Of a stretch of 64,000 nt of DNA, positions 17,135-31,044 are shown one piece after another (the first letter of the stretch is position 1; each line of letters begins with the position of its first letter). The notes beneath the pieces are model-generated. The model ran no database searches, had not been told where the DNA came from, and saw only the letters and a list, made by a program, of their open reading frames with translations. Source of the DNA: the human T2T-CHM13v2.0 reference genome, Homo sapiens; the NCBI RefSeq assembly GCF_009914755.1, contig NC_060936.1, one strand, 5' to 3'. The translations under genes and the position numbers were made by a program.

Positions 17135-17447
17135 ATTTATTTATTTATTTAGTTAGTTAGTTATTGAGACAGGGTCTCACTCTGTCACCCAGGCTGTAGT
17201 GCAGTGGCATGATCTAGGTTCACCACAGCCTCCGCCTCCCAGGCTGAAATGATTCTCCCACCTCCATCCCCCAAGTAGGTGGGACCACAGGTGCATGCCA
17301 CCGTGCCTGGCTAATTTTTGTACTGTTTGTAGAGACAGGGTTTCGCCATGTTGCCCAGGCTGATCTCAAACTCCTGAGCTCAAGTGATCGGCCCACCTCA
17401 GCCTCCCAAATTGCTGAGATTACAGGCATAAGCCACTGCACTCAGCC
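17135..17447 (-). mobile_element. Alu (AluJb/S-like)
   Basis: Full dimer with (TTTA)n/(TTAG)n tail. Confidence 0.92.
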
Positions 17448-17489
17448 CAGGCCTTTTAACTACTAATGTATATTACTCTTGTTATGGCA

Positions 17490-17690
17490 TGCATTCACTC
17501 ACTAAGCATTAGGTAACTGCCTACCATGGACCAGACACTGTGGCAAACATTTATAAATTTTACAAGTGTAAATAAGAAGAGATTCCTGTTCTCATGGAAC
17601 TCAAAATCTAAGAGTGGAGGCAGGCATTTAAACTAAGAATTACAACAGAGAGTGAAAGGTACTAAAATAAAGGGGGTAGTAAAGGTCTTC
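17490..17690 (-). mobile_element. L2 3' end
   Basis: cattcactcactaagcatt...ccagacactgtg...cctgttctcatggaactca. Confidence 0.6.
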
Positions 17691-18630
17691 ACTCTTCCTG
17701 CTTTACATTAATGTTAAAATAATGACCCACTATTGTGTTAAGTCAAATAAGCCTTTGCCCTCAAATTATCCTAGAAAAAAATCAATTACTTGTGGCATGT
17801 TTTAAATTCCACATTAGGTCTAATTTAATCTGTTGAGTGCTTCCTCTGATTACTCTGGATTTGTTGGTGCGTAATTTTAAAGTGGGGCTCTGTGGTTTCC
17901 CCATTCTCATTGTTCAGAAGAGATGTTCACTGCAGGATTTTGCTGACATGCTAACTATTTTAGCTGAAATTTGGAAAGGAGTGGGCAAAAGGAGACTAGT
18001 TTAGATGAGAAAATTACACATAATTCCTTTCCTCTCATTTTGTGAAAATCTTAGACTCACAGTTGCTAGGGATTAGAAAGAACTTTAAGCAAACGCCTGT
18101 CTTCTGCAAGGTTTTTTTTTTTTTTTTCATTTTGGAATTTAAGTCCAAGTTTTTACTTTCTAAATTGACTATTCAGTCATCATTTCTCTGTGGAATTAAT
18201 TCCAGTCTTGAGCTGTTCATTGACATCTTCCCGATAGTTGTTTCAACATCTCAAATGTTCATTCTTTTTTTACTCACAACCAGGTTAAGTGTTCCCAAGG
18301 GAAAGTTAGTGACTACCTGGAGTTAGTACCTGGCTTGAGGCAAATGTGGTAAGTGGGAGAGAAATGATCAACAAATACTATGGTGCTTACTTTGAGTCTG
18401 ACTTGATAGATACAGGAGACAAATGCCCGGACTGCTTGAAATTCAGTACATCTTCCAGAATTTTTAATTCAGCACCTATCAGTTTCAAACTAAGTAAAAT
18501 CAACGAGATAGAGTAATATTCTTATATGATAGAATTTGTCTTCTTTTCTCTCTAAATTAGTTTTTAAAAGGAAAACAAAACTCAAACTACAATCAGTTAG
18601 GCATAATAATTTCCTATAGATCTTCCCTAT

Positions 18631-18665
18631 TTCTCTCTCTCTCTCTCTGTGTGCGTGTGTGTGTA
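18631..18665 (+). repeat. (TC)n(TG)n compound microsatellite
   Basis: Read directly. Confidence 0.9.
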
Positions 18666-18829
18666 TTTCTTTCATCTTTGTCTGTCTCTCTAGACTACAG
18701 TGTAAAACTAGAGAAAAGAGAGGCATAAAAGAAAAATAAGCAGTTGAGTCCCATTGTACATACAAAGAACATAAAATGCTCTGCCATTATTATTGGTATA
18801 TTGTTTTTACTGGTTTATAAAATGTTTTC

Positions 18830-18970
18830 TGATATACATAATAATAACATCTGCCTCACAGAGGTATTGTGAGGACTAAATATACAAGTGAAACTAAAAG
18901 ATTCTACAATAGTTCCTGGCACATAAAAAGCTGTCAATAAGTGTTAGATGGTATTACTATTATTACTCAT
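18830..18970 (+). mobile_element. MIR 3' part
   Basis: ataataacatctgcctcacagagg...gtgagga...cctggcacat...tcaataagtgttag. Confidence 0.7.
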
Positions 18971-19234
18971 GCTAATTATTTTTATCACTGTTATTATTGT
19001 CATAGCTTGCTAACCATATACTGAAAATAGTTCAGCAAGTCCAAGTTCATATTTAGTTGATCATAACATACTTAATTTAAAAATGAAGGATTCTATTTCT
19101 AAACCCTAAATTACTATCAATACTTATTTCACTAGTGTGGGAACATTCATACTGAATTTCTTCCACAAACTAAAAAGTACAATCATACCTTAAGTATAAC
19201 TTTATATGAAGGTTTACTATAATAGATTTGCCGT

Positions 19235-19443
19235 TAGTTAGGAGTGGTGGTGCATGCCTGTAGTCCCAGCTACTGAAGAGGCTGAGGTGGGAGGATGGCT
19301 TGAACCTAGGAAGTAGAGGATGGCTTGAACCTAGGAACTAGAGGCTGCAGTGAGCCATGAACATGCCACTGCACTGTAGCCTGGGTGACAGAGTGAGGCC
19401 CTGTCTCAAAAAAAAAAAAAAAAAAAAGAAAAGAAAAAAAAAA
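19235..19443 (+). mobile_element. Alu right monomer with internal 25-bp duplication
   Basis: Single arm, long A tail; TSD agatt(t/g)gccgtta. Confidence 0.9.
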
Positions 19444-20192
19444 GATTGGCCGTTAAAATTATTCTGAATGATTCTAAATTCCCCAGAAAAATAGTCACAA
19501 CTTAATTCTGGTCTACTTCCCCAGCCTTCCTAAATGCTGCTTCCTATTTTGTACATCTGATGAACTGGACACAATGGACAATTTGCCAGTCCCCAAGCAT
19601 GCCTGTACTTTCACATCATTCTACCTCTGCACTCGTGGTGTTCTTTAGCTCGACAATATCCTCTCTTGCCTCTCCTTCTAAGGTTCAGCTCCTCTCCTAT
19701 CCATTGTAAAGCCTTCTTAGCCAGAAAATATCCTTCTCCCTCTTCTCTGCTTTCAAAGTTCATTCTTCATGCTATGTGCTGAGATATGTCCTTCCTCCAT
19801 TTTGTTCTATCCCACTGCATGGGAATCCTTTATTCATAGGTTTGTGAGCTCCTTCGAGTGTGCAACCTATGTCTTCCTGAAGAATATTCCCAGTGCCAAC
19901 TATAGTGCCTTAAAGAGGCCTTTATTGTTTGCCAGATTTTAGCAAATATATTTCAAGCAGGAAAGACCAGACCCATGACAAATTACTAAGCTCCTGGTTC
20001 ATAATCAAGAGTTGAGAACACAGCAAGAAAAAAAAAAAAGACTGTTTTATATTGTTCATTTGGTGACCTTAGGCTTACTGAATCAGCATTTAACATAAAT
20101 AACAAAACAGTATCACTTGTAATAGTCATAATAATAATAAAAATAACCATTCATTGAGCCAGCCACTTTCTCATATTTCATGAACAAGTTAA

Positions 20193-20609
<417 letters not shown>

Positions 20610-21119
20610 TAAGAGTTTCTGCCCATGGAATATAGCCAGGAAGAACTGGATGCACAATGAGAGGATAAAATTTGAACCCAGGCAAATCCCCAATTAACAA
20701 CCACTACACTATTTGTGGCTGGTCAAGGAAAATATGATGTTTTATTGAAGACTTTAACAGTAGATAAAGGAATAGAGTTTTTCTAATCATCTAAAGGCTG
20801 TTAATAGTGTTGACAATAACAAGTTTTAAATTCTGATTTTTCACTACTACTAAAGATAGATACACCAGATTCTCATTTATTAAATTCATGACCAAATCCA
20901 GAATTTGTAGGCTTTCCCTAATCTGGATCCATCTTTCCAATTCTATGTCATCTCCCACTAGTTTCTAGCACACGGGCTACACACTCACTGGCCCACTTAC
21001 CCTCTATTCTGCCCCCCCTCCTCAATAGAGAGCCAGGCTACCTCATAAGCATTACTTATACTGTTTTCCTGCTCTCCCTCTTCTCCTCCTCCCACTAACT
21101 ATTTCCTCTCCACTTTTCA

Positions 21120-22340
21120 TAAACTTACTTTTAATAATACAGCCATCACAGCTTTCTTTTGGTTAGTTTTTGCATGATAGAATTTTCCATCTTTTTATAT
21201 TCAACCTCTTCAGTATATGTTAGGTATTTTTCTTATAAACAACATACAGTTAGTTCTTGTTTGTTTTTATTTTAATCTAGTCTGACAGTATTGGTCTTTT
21301 AGTTGCATTAAGGATTTAGCCCATTTACTTTAATATAATTATTATTAATGCACTTAGGTCTATGACTTTGCTATTTGCTTTTTATCTATACTATCTGTCT
21401 ATATTATTTTTTCTTTCTTTTTTTATGATTCCATTTTTTACCTTCTATTAACTTGGTAGCTATACATTATTTTATTTCATTTTATTGTTACCTTAGAGAT
21501 TATTACACTCATTTGTTTTAGACACATGGCTTATTGAAGTCTAAAATAAATACCATAGAACCAGTTCCATTAATATGCTAAGCCACTTTTATATTACTTT
21601 GGTTTTTTTCTGAATTTCCTGTTCTGTTCTATTTATTTATTTTTGTACCAGTATTCCATTGTTTTTAATTACTATAGCTTTATATTATATTATGTTTTAT
21701 ATATACAGTCAGCAAAAGCTTCTTTCTTTCACACAGGCCCATGATGCCTGGGCTTGTCTGTTTGGTTTTTCGGGGCTAGCCTAGCATAATTAGTTTTATC
21801 ATATAGACTTTAAAACCTTTGTCTTGACAGCCAGATCTACCTCCGCCAGCCAGATCTACCTCCCCAAAAAAGAAAATCATTGTGATTTTGATTAGGATTG
21901 CAATAATTTTAGAAACAAATTTAAGGAGAACACATATCTTTATAATGTTGAGCTCTTTTAGCTAGAAACATCTTAGATCTCTCAGTGAAACTGCATGTAT
22001 TTTCATATAAATAGTGCATGTTTCTTAATAAATTTATTTCAGTATATTTTATATCTAATAAATGAAATAGTTCCTTTAATTATATTTTCTAATTGGTTAT
22101 TTTTATATAAAAATGATTGAATTTTTTCCATTATTAATCTTGTAAAAATAATCTTACTTATTTCTGATTATTTCTGATATACTTTATGAGTTGATCCATT
22201 TGGCTTTTGAAGATATAGAATTGTATGGTTATCCAGCAGTGAGAAATGTGCTAACTTCTTTCCAATATTTATAGTACTTACTCTGTTCCTTCGAATAATA
22301 GCACATTAACTTGAGTGGGAATGAATCTCAAGCTTCAATT
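21120..22340 (-). mobile_element. Ancient L1 ORF2 fragments (antisense)
   Basis: Antisense endonuclease-start-like text (21120-21560) and RT/C-terminal-like text (gattttgattaggattgca...atctttataatgttgag). Confidence 0.65.
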
Positions 22341-22349
22341 TTAGGCTTC

Positions 22350-22783
22350 AGCCTTAATTTACATAAACTAACCATTTATCATAATACCGATCCCCTCACC
22401 AAAGTGATTGGTTCAAGGATAAGTAGCACAGACCCAGACTCAGTGTGGTATGGCATGCCATCATAGTGATTTGTTGGGGGATTAGACATAAGATTCAAGA
22501 GCTTTCAAGGTTTTCAGAAGAGGAGCTCTTTCTTCTGCTGGACTGTAAGGTGTAAACACATGAAAGGCCTGGAATCAAACCTCTGTGGCCATTTTGCTGC
22601 CACGAGAGAAGCTGCACAACACACCAGGAAATGAAAGCTGAAATAATAGAGAGAAATCAAGTCACAACACACAAACCATGCCTGGACTAGATCTGTCCTA
22701 GAACTTTATAAAAGCAAACATATCTCACTTCATTTTTTAAACCCTTGTGCATTATTTGCAACCCAAATTATCCTAATGGATAC
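22350..22783 (+). mobile_element. MaLR LTR (MLT1J/K-like)
   Basis: gtgattggttcaagga..., ggccattttgctgccac..., ends ttgcaaccc...tcctaatggataca. Confidence 0.55.
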
Positions 22784-23098
22784 ACCAGCTTATTACTATA
22801 TTCAAGAAACATGCCTAAAACCAAATGACAAAGAAAGTTTTAAAATAAAGGCACATGGAAAATTACACCACGTAAATATATGCAAACAGAAAGCAGAAAT
22901 GTCAAAATCAAAATCAGATAAGAATTCAAGATCAATATCATTAAGCAGGAAAAAGAGGCATATTATGAAATCTAAAAATATAATTCATGAATTCTTGTAG
23001 ACCAAAATCTACAGCAGTAAAATACATGAAACAAAACTGTAACAAAGACACGTATAACCTTTAAAAAAATCACAGTCATGATGGGGAATTTTATATCA

Positions 23099-23311
<213 letters not shown>

Positions 23312-23379
23312 TAAAAATAAATAAGGATATAGAGAACATAAGTAATACAATGTAAAGAAAAAGGGAAAAAATTCTACTC

Positions 23380-24695
23380 TTCCTCATCAAATTTCCACCC
23401 ACTGCCTCTTTCTCATATGAACATGATGTTTCTCCTATCATTAAAAAAATGAAAAACTCTCCTAACTCCATCTCATTTTCAGCTACCATCTATTTCTTTT
23501 TATCTCTTTAGAGCAGAATTGTCCACACTCCCTACCCCAAATTCTTTCATTCTCACATGAACTAACTCCAAGCAGGCTTCTTCTGCCATCATTGGCAGAA
23601 ACTGCTCTTGTCTCTATCACTAACGACCGTATGTTGCTACACCTGAGCACTTCTCCAGCCTTACCCTACTTGACCTATTAGCATCACTTAATACATTCAT
23701 TGATCATCCCTCCTCTTGGAACCCCTTTCCCCACTTGACTTGCAGCATATACTTTGTTCAGGGATATATCCAAGATCCCTGTGACCTAAAATTTTCATAG
23801 TTTGAGAGTGGAAAGCACATCTTAAGGAACATATAAAACTATGTTTTTAAAACTAGGCTGAAAAATGTGTAATGAGTATTTATTTAGAATGACAAAAGAC
23901 ATCTCAAAAATTATAAATTTTAAAAAGTTGGCAAAATCACAAACATCACAAAATCAAAAGAAGCATTGCTGTTAGGCATTAATTCAGTGCCTAACATACC
24001 TTATTTAGTGCATTTTTTGACTACATCTTTGATTGTCTGTTTAACAACCATTTTGTTATATAAGTTTCTACAGAGACAAAAGGAATGTACGTCAGTCTGT
24101 CCTTTAGTATGATTGATGAAAATTTGCTATTCCTGCTGCTTGAAGTGCTAGTTCCTCAATCTTAACTAAAAAGTCAATTTCTCAGACAGAGCTTCTCTGA
24201 CCCAACCTAAATTTGAAATCACCTATCAGTATTTTCTATTCTACCTCTCAGTATTCTCACTTGCTGTTCCATCTGCCTGCAATTCCCTTTCTCTAGACAC
24301 CTTCACAACTCATTTTCTTACTTCCTTTAGGTCTTTACCCAAATGTCCGTAAGACCTTCCCTGACGATCTCATTTAAAATTACAACTAATCACCTCTCCC
24401 CCTACAGTATTACAACACTCCCATCTTCCTGCCTGCTTAATTTTTCTCCATAGTATTTGTCACCAGACAACATTCCATTTTCGAAGATTTATTTTTTTAT
24501 TTATTGCATTACTATAAAGAAATGAAGATTAATTTTTGTTTGTTTATTGTCTATACACTTCCATGAAAATGTAAGCTCCATAAAAGAATAAGGCAAACTT
24601 AGTTGCCTGTTTTGTTTACTTCTGTATCCTCTGCACTGAGAACAGTGCTTTGAACATTGTAGGCCCTCAACAACTTGTATTGAATTAATAAATTT
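23380..24695 (+). mobile_element. L2 (RT region and 3' end) nested in the L1
   Basis: ctccaagcaggcttc...gaaactgctcttgtc...cacta(a)cgacc...cttgacctattagcatca resembles the L2 RT motifs QSGF/TETAL/LDLSAAF; the 3' end has tattgaattaataaat. Confidence 0.75.
23758..24135. mobile_element. Zaphod/MER115-like hAT-Tip100 fragment nested in the L2
   Basis: gagtatttatttagaatgacaaaag...aaattttaaaaagttggcaaaatcacaaacatcacaaaatc matches my recollection of the MER115/Zaphod consensus. Confidence 0.6.
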
Positions 24696-26334
24696 TTGTT
24701 TTATGCCCACCTTAATAAATTTTTAAAAGTAGAGATATTAATTAGCCTTTATCTAGTAAAACGAGGTAAGAAAATGACCAAAAAAGTTAAATACTTGAAT
24801 ATTGAGAACTAGTCTTCTAAAAACCTAGTTTATCTTAAGATAAAATCAAAACTGAGATTACAAATTATCTAGAAAATCTTCATATAAAGACTAATAAAAT
24901 AGAATTTTTAAGTTGTATAAGAAAAAAGATAGATTTAAATGTTATTAAAAATGTTTAATTTATGAAGTATATAACTTAGGATACTTAAAAATAACCATAA
25001 TAACTGAAAAAAGTTAAGTTATTAGAAGAAAATTAATAAAGGCTGAAATTAATGAAGCAGCAAACAAAAATAATAGCAATGTTAAATAAGTAAAGCTTAG
25101 ATCCCTGAACTAAAAACAATGAAATAAAACTCTAGACATATTGATTTTTAGAATATGAAAAAATAGAGATGGAGAGAAAGAAAAAATAATTACAACGTTG
25201 AAATTGGAAAAAGAAATATAACTACAGATACAGAATATATTAAAATAATTATAAAATAATTTCTGAAGAAAATTAAGTGCAAATTAATATCAATACATTT
25301 GTAAGTCTAAAGGAATTGGATTATTTTTTAGAAAGTATTAATAATCAAAGTTGACCTTAGAATACAAAGAAAACATGAAGAAACCAAAGAAGAAGTTGGA
25401 GCATCATGAAAGCCATAGACCAAGAAAGGATCTAGACCCAGAAAGTTTCATTGCAGAATTCAATTTAACCTTCAAAATAGCAAATAAAAGTTCAGGGAGT
25501 ATTTCCCTCTATCTCAGCTCTCACCATACAACTTAAGAGCTGAATATATTCTGAAAATTTTAACGGATCCTTTGGTTTCTGAACTCTTGCTACTCACCAC
25601 CCAAACCTCAAAAAATCAAATATGACCAGATACTGTATTGTGCTACCTATCTGAACTTTTTCTTTCTGAACTCCAGCACCAATTAAATTTGAATATTAAG
25701 AAAATATTTGTAATTCCTATTTTATCCATTTTATTCAAAATATACTGGATTCCCAAAGGTGATTAAAAACTATTAAGATGATCTAGTAAGTTAACACAAG
25801 AATATCCAAACTTACTAATTTTAAAAAACACAAAAAAGAAAAATAATTTACTTACAAATATAAGTGCTAATGTTCTAAATAAAATATCAACATATTGAAT
25901 ACATACAGGCATGAAAAGAGTAACATAACATGGTCAAGTAGAAATGTTTCAGAAAACTATAATTATTATAGTAAATTTTTTAAAAATATATCTTTCGATG
26001 CCAGAATATAGATATATTTTAAGTAAATATGTCACCAAAAATTCCAAATAAACACTCGGAATAAAATAAAAAATATTATCACATCATTTATCTAAATATT
26101 CTTAATCTTATTTCTGGTTTTATTCTGACACTTTTTTAAAGAAATCTAAATACTAGGGGTCTCCAAAAAGTTCATGGAAAATGCAGATTATGAAAAAAAC
26201 CCATGCATGAATTTCAAAATTTTGTTGCACCAAAATAAACTTGTACTAACTTGTTCTAAGATGTCTGAACAGGATCTAGTTTGAGGCACTAAAAAGGACA
26301 ACATCAGTTTGAAAAAAGCCCCTATAAGAGTAAC

Positions 26335-27509
26335 ATGAATTCTGCTAAAATTGAAGTAAGAACAAACATCAAATTTATGGTGAAGCTTGGGTAGAAGAGT
26401 GGTGAAATCACTGATGCTTTACAAAAAGCTTATGGAAACAATGCCCCAAAGAAATCAGCAGTTTACAAATGGATAATTCATTTTAAGAAGGCATGAGGCC
26501 AAGCATGATGGTGTGTGCCTGTAGTCCCACCTACTAAAGAGGCTGAGGGGGGAGGATGGGTTGACCCAGAAGTTCAAGTGCAACCTGGGCAATACTGTGA
26601 AACTCTGTCTCTAAAAAAAAAAGGAGATGAGACAATGTTGACAATGAAACCCACAGCAGCAGACTATCCACATCAATTTGCCAGACAAAATTCATCTTGT
26701 TCATGCCCTAATTGAAGAGAACTAACGATTAACAGCAGAAAAAATACCCTACACTATTGACATCTCAGTTGGTTCAGCTTACAAAATTTTGACTGAAAAC
26801 TTGAAGTTGAGCAACTTTCCATTCCATGGGTGCCAAAACCTTTGCACCCAGATCAGCTACAGACAAAAGCAGAGTTTTCAATGGAAATTTTGAACACGTG
26901 GGATAAAGATTTTAAAGAATTTCTTCAAAGAATTGTAACAGGAGAGAAAACATTGCTCTACCAGTATGATCCTGAAGACAAAGCACAATCAAAGTAATGG
27001 CTACCAGGAAGTGGAAGTGGTCCAGTGAAAGTCAATGTGGAACAGTCAAAAGCAAAGGTCATGGCAACAATTTTTTTGGATGCTCAAGTCATTTTGCTTC
27101 ATTTTCTGGAAGGCCAAAGAACAACAATATCTGCTTATTTTGAGAGTGTTTTGAGAAAGTTAGCCAGAGCTTTAGCAGAAAAACATCCAGGAAATCTTCA
27201 CCAGAGAGTTCCTCTCCACCATGACAGAGTTCCTGCTTGTTTGTGTCATCAAACATGGGCAATTTTGTGAGTTTCAATGAGAAATCATTAGGCATCCACC
27301 TTACAGTCCTGATTTGGCTCCATTCGTTTGACTTCATTTTGCTTCCTAATCTTGAAAAATCTGTAAAGGGCACCCATTTATCTTCAGTTAACAACGTAAA
27401 AAAAGACTTCATTCACATGATTAAATTCCCAGGACCCTCAGTTCTCTATGAGTGGACTCATCATTTACAAAATTGTCTTGAGTTTGATGGAGCTTATGTT
27501 AAGAAGTAA
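26335..27509 (+). pseudogene. Hsmar2 transposase pseudogene
   Basis: MNSAKIEVRTNIKFMVKLG* start, WVPKPL at 26827, IVTGEKT.LYQYDPE, LHHD, HPPYSPDLAP; multiple stops and frameshifts plus an Alu monomer insertion. Confidence 0.9.
26497..26622 (+). mobile_element. FLAM_A-like Alu monomer inside Hsmar2
   Basis: gcctgtagtccc...gaggctgag...cctgggcaatactgtgaaactctgtctct plus A tail; degenerate TSD aagaaggcatgag/aaggagatgag. Confidence 0.85.
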
Positions 27510-30110
27510 AGTCTATGTTTTTTTTACTTTTATCTTTTAACTCCATTTTTCAAAAACACTTTGAAGTCTCCTCATATATTAAGTAACTTTTAATAAAAAC
27601 AGCAACAAACATGTTATAAATGGTAAAATTTTAAAGCCAATGCCACTAAAATCAGAATCAAATCACAAATTCTTCTTACCACAATTTTTTTTTCAAAATT
27701 ATTTTGGAGGATATGAATAATGCAATACGGTAAGAAAACTAAATAAACGTTTTTACATAAAAAGATAAATTATGTTTATTTGTAGGTTTTAGACTGTGTG
27801 CTTAGAAAACCCAGGAGATGCAACTACAAAACTATTAAGACTAATAGGAAAACCTGGCAAAGTATCGATATGTGAGAAAAATATAGACAAACTAATCACT
27901 TTCTTTATATTAATATTATAGATTTAGAAAAAGACATATGCAATTATCTTATTTACGATAGGGATATACTGTAAAAAGTATCTAGAATATATTTAACAAG
28001 AAAAACCTACAAAAAATATGTTTTATGTAATTAAGATATGAATGAATGTAAACCTATACAGTTTTCCTAAATGAAATGACTTGGTATTATTAAAATGTTA
28101 ATCCTACCAAGTAATAACATAAGTTAATACAACTACAATTAGAATTTCAAAAGCTTTTTGTTAAACATTGTCATAAAAATTAAATATGTTATAATATAAA
28201 AATTTAAGATATAATAGAAGAAAATTTTTCTGAATAAAGGAAGTCCTGAATATAAATTTTGAAAATGCCCACTAAGCCCCAGGAATAATTTAGTAGAGCT
28301 CACAATGTCATTTGCAAAGTATGAGAAATCCTGCTCTCCCACATCCTCACCAGCACAAAACAAAGAGACATAAATAATAATACCATGAACATCCATCTTC
28401 CCACTACCTTACCTTAAAATAATAAAACATAACCAATGAAGTTGAAGTTCACTGTGTACACATTTTAGATTCCATTCTCCAACCTCCTGAAATAGCCACT
28501 TTCCTGAATTTGGAGTTTATTATTCTCAACCATTGCTTTATAGTCTCATGTTATACACATATAAATGTTTAAATGTTTTCAAACTTTACATAAAGGATAA
28601 AAACTTGCATTCCTTCTTCTGCTATTTGTTTTGTTTTGTTTTGGATAACAGTATATTTATAAAATATTGATGCATTATTTAGCTCCAGCTCATTTTAGTT
28701 TTTCATCTCCCAGTACACAAATCATTCCCAACTTGTCTCTCCACATCTGAGTTCCTAGTTAATTTCTTCCATTGCCTTGTATTTTTCCACTGCCTTCTCT
28801 GTGGTTTCTTCTCATGCCTACCCTCTTTACCTCTGATTTGTTTTCAGTGTTGATTCTGGTCCTTCTAAAGCAGTTCAAAACTGTTTATATTTTCCCCTTC
28901 CATTTCTTAAGCATGCCAGCTCTCCTTTCCATTCACCATGGCTTTAATTCCTTTGAGAGGACAAAGGAAATTTAGTCTATTATTTTTATTTCCTTAAGTA
29001 ATTCTCTTCTGAATATGTATTATTTGTCTTTCTTTTACACATCATTTTTTTCATTATATTTTTCTTTATGAATTTCAGGGAAGTCCCATTTTTCCTACTT
29101 CTTATTCATCTTTTATTAGACACAGTTTCATCTGGTGCTGATATTTGCCCAACAGCATTGGTGGATTACCATCATATCTGTTCAATGTTTACCTGATCCC
29201 CTTAAATTACTGTTCCTTACAACTTACGCTGGAAAGCTGGACACTTAGTGGTTGCAATATTTTTTTCAGTAATTCGGGTAACTAAGGACAGAAGAGAAGG
29301 TAGAGATAGGTGGTGAGTAGCTAAAGTTCAGGTATGGTTATGTTACCTACAGGCACTTTCCCAATTAATTTATGGATTCTCACTCCTGCCAATTCCATGA
29401 GGAAATTGTAGTCTTTCTCCTCCTCAAGGTGACAAGTTAACTCTATAGAAAGCCAGGGCAGTGTGAGGGCTCTTGGCTCAAAGACCTTTTGTTAGTAGTT
29501 ATTAGAGTTCTTACTTATCTCTGTTTGGTCAGCTTTTCTCAGGAGATATTTGACTCCTAGGTACTCCTAGCCCTACCCCTCTCCCAACCCAGTTTCCTTG
29601 TAGGCTGCTCTCTTTTTGAGAGCAAGGCAAATAAAAATGTGCCTGATTAGGTCTCTCTTCCCCTGCACCTCCCTTACTTTTGGGTATGCAAGTGTACTCA
29701 GAGTAAAGATATGGCCCTCCAGTCTAATGTCTCTGAGAGTTCTTGAATAGGCCTTAAAATACTATAATTTATTTCCTAGTAACTTCATCATTTGAAACGA
29801 GGCTAGATCTATGTGAACTCTCTGTCTTTGCTGAAATGATCATTGTTTAACTGACAGATGTTCCTCTTAATATGTAGTATGAGACTGTGGCTGTTCCCTA
29901 GTTGATGAAGCATCACTATAAACATGGAATTTTCATAGACAGTAGGGGAATTGTGTGTTCTAATATGTATATGATTCATTTAGAGATCTTGTTTAAATTA
30001 CAGGGGCAGGGCCTGAGAGTATGCATTCCTAATAAGCTCCCAGATTATGCCAATGCTACTGGCTGCAAACCACACATTAGTCAGGGCTCTCCAGAAAAAC
30101 AGAACCAATA

Positions 30111-30112
<2 letters not shown>

Positions 30113-30188
<76 letters not shown>
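30113..30188 (+). repeat. (AT)20(AG)18 compound microsatellite
   Basis: Read directly; counts approximate. Confidence 0.97.
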
Positions 30189-30192
<4 letters not shown>

Positions 30193-30251
30193 CATATAGA
30201 TATAATGTACACACAATCTCTCTCACTATATATAGAGACAGAGAGAGAGAT

Positions 30252-30402
30252 TTTTTGTTGTTGTTGTTGTTGTTTTTGTTTGTTTGTTCGTTTTTTTTAG
30301 TAGAGTGGGGATTATATTTCACTATGTTGCCCAGGCTGGTTGCAAACTTCTGGCCTCTCCTGCCTTGGCCTCCCAAAGTGTGTGAGCCACTGCACCCAGC
30401 CC
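30252..30402 (-). mobile_element. Alu left monomer with (TTG)n tail
   Basis: cactatgttgcccaggctgg...ttggcctcccaaagtg...gagccactgcacccagcc. Confidence 0.85.
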
Positions 30403-31044
30403 ATATATGTATAAAGAGAATTGTTATAAAGAATTAGATCACCTAATGATGGAGGCTGAGAGAAGTCCCATGATCCAGTCCACAAGCTAGAGACCCAGAA
30501 AAGCTGGGGGTACAGTTTGAAGGCCTGAAAGGTGGAGAGGCAATGGTGTAGATTCCAGTCCGAGTGTAAAAGCATGAGAAACAGGAGCACTAAGGACAGG
30601 AGAAGATGGGTCCCAGCTCAGTCAGGCAGATCTAGAATTCAACTTTCCTCTGCCTTTTTGTTCTATTCAGGCCTCAACAGATTGGATGAGGGCCGGAAGA
30701 ACAACGTGAGGTCTCCCCACACTGAGGAGGGCCATCTGCTTTACTCAGTCCACCAATTCAAATGTTAATCTCTTGCAGAAACAGCCTCACAGACACACCC
30801 AGAAATAATGTTTAACTAAATATCTGGGCATCCCATGGCCCAGTTCAGGTTGACAAAATTAACTACTATAGGTTATCTTCATGCAGCATCCAAAGGATGA
30901 AAGGGCTGAATAGCCTGGGCAAAAAATTAAAAATAATTAATAGCTAATATTTATTAAAATGTTGACTACATCCCAGCCACAGCACTAAGTGCTCTCTGTG
31001 GATTATCTCATTTAATTCTCACAATGGTCCTGTAAGGTACATTA

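Larger units (their letters stand above)
26153..27574 (+). mobile_element. Hsmar2 mariner transposon, near full length, inactive
   Basis: TA flanks (26151-26152, 27575-27576), diverged TIRs (ctaggggtctccaaaaagttcatggaaaatg / catttttcaaaaacactttgaagtctcctca), transposase remnants inside. Confidence 0.93.
30075..30870 (-). mobile_element. MLT2 (ERVL) LTR, MLT2B-like
   Basis: attagtcagggctctccagaaaaacagaaccaatag ... ctcacagacacacccagaaataatgttt ... gttgacaaaattaac. Confidence 0.85.

Noticed and set aside
27025-27509. Transposase-like ORFs as an active or domesticated gene
   Set aside because: Fragments of a dead Hsmar2 with stops, frameshifts, altered catalytic motifs and an Alu monomer insertion.
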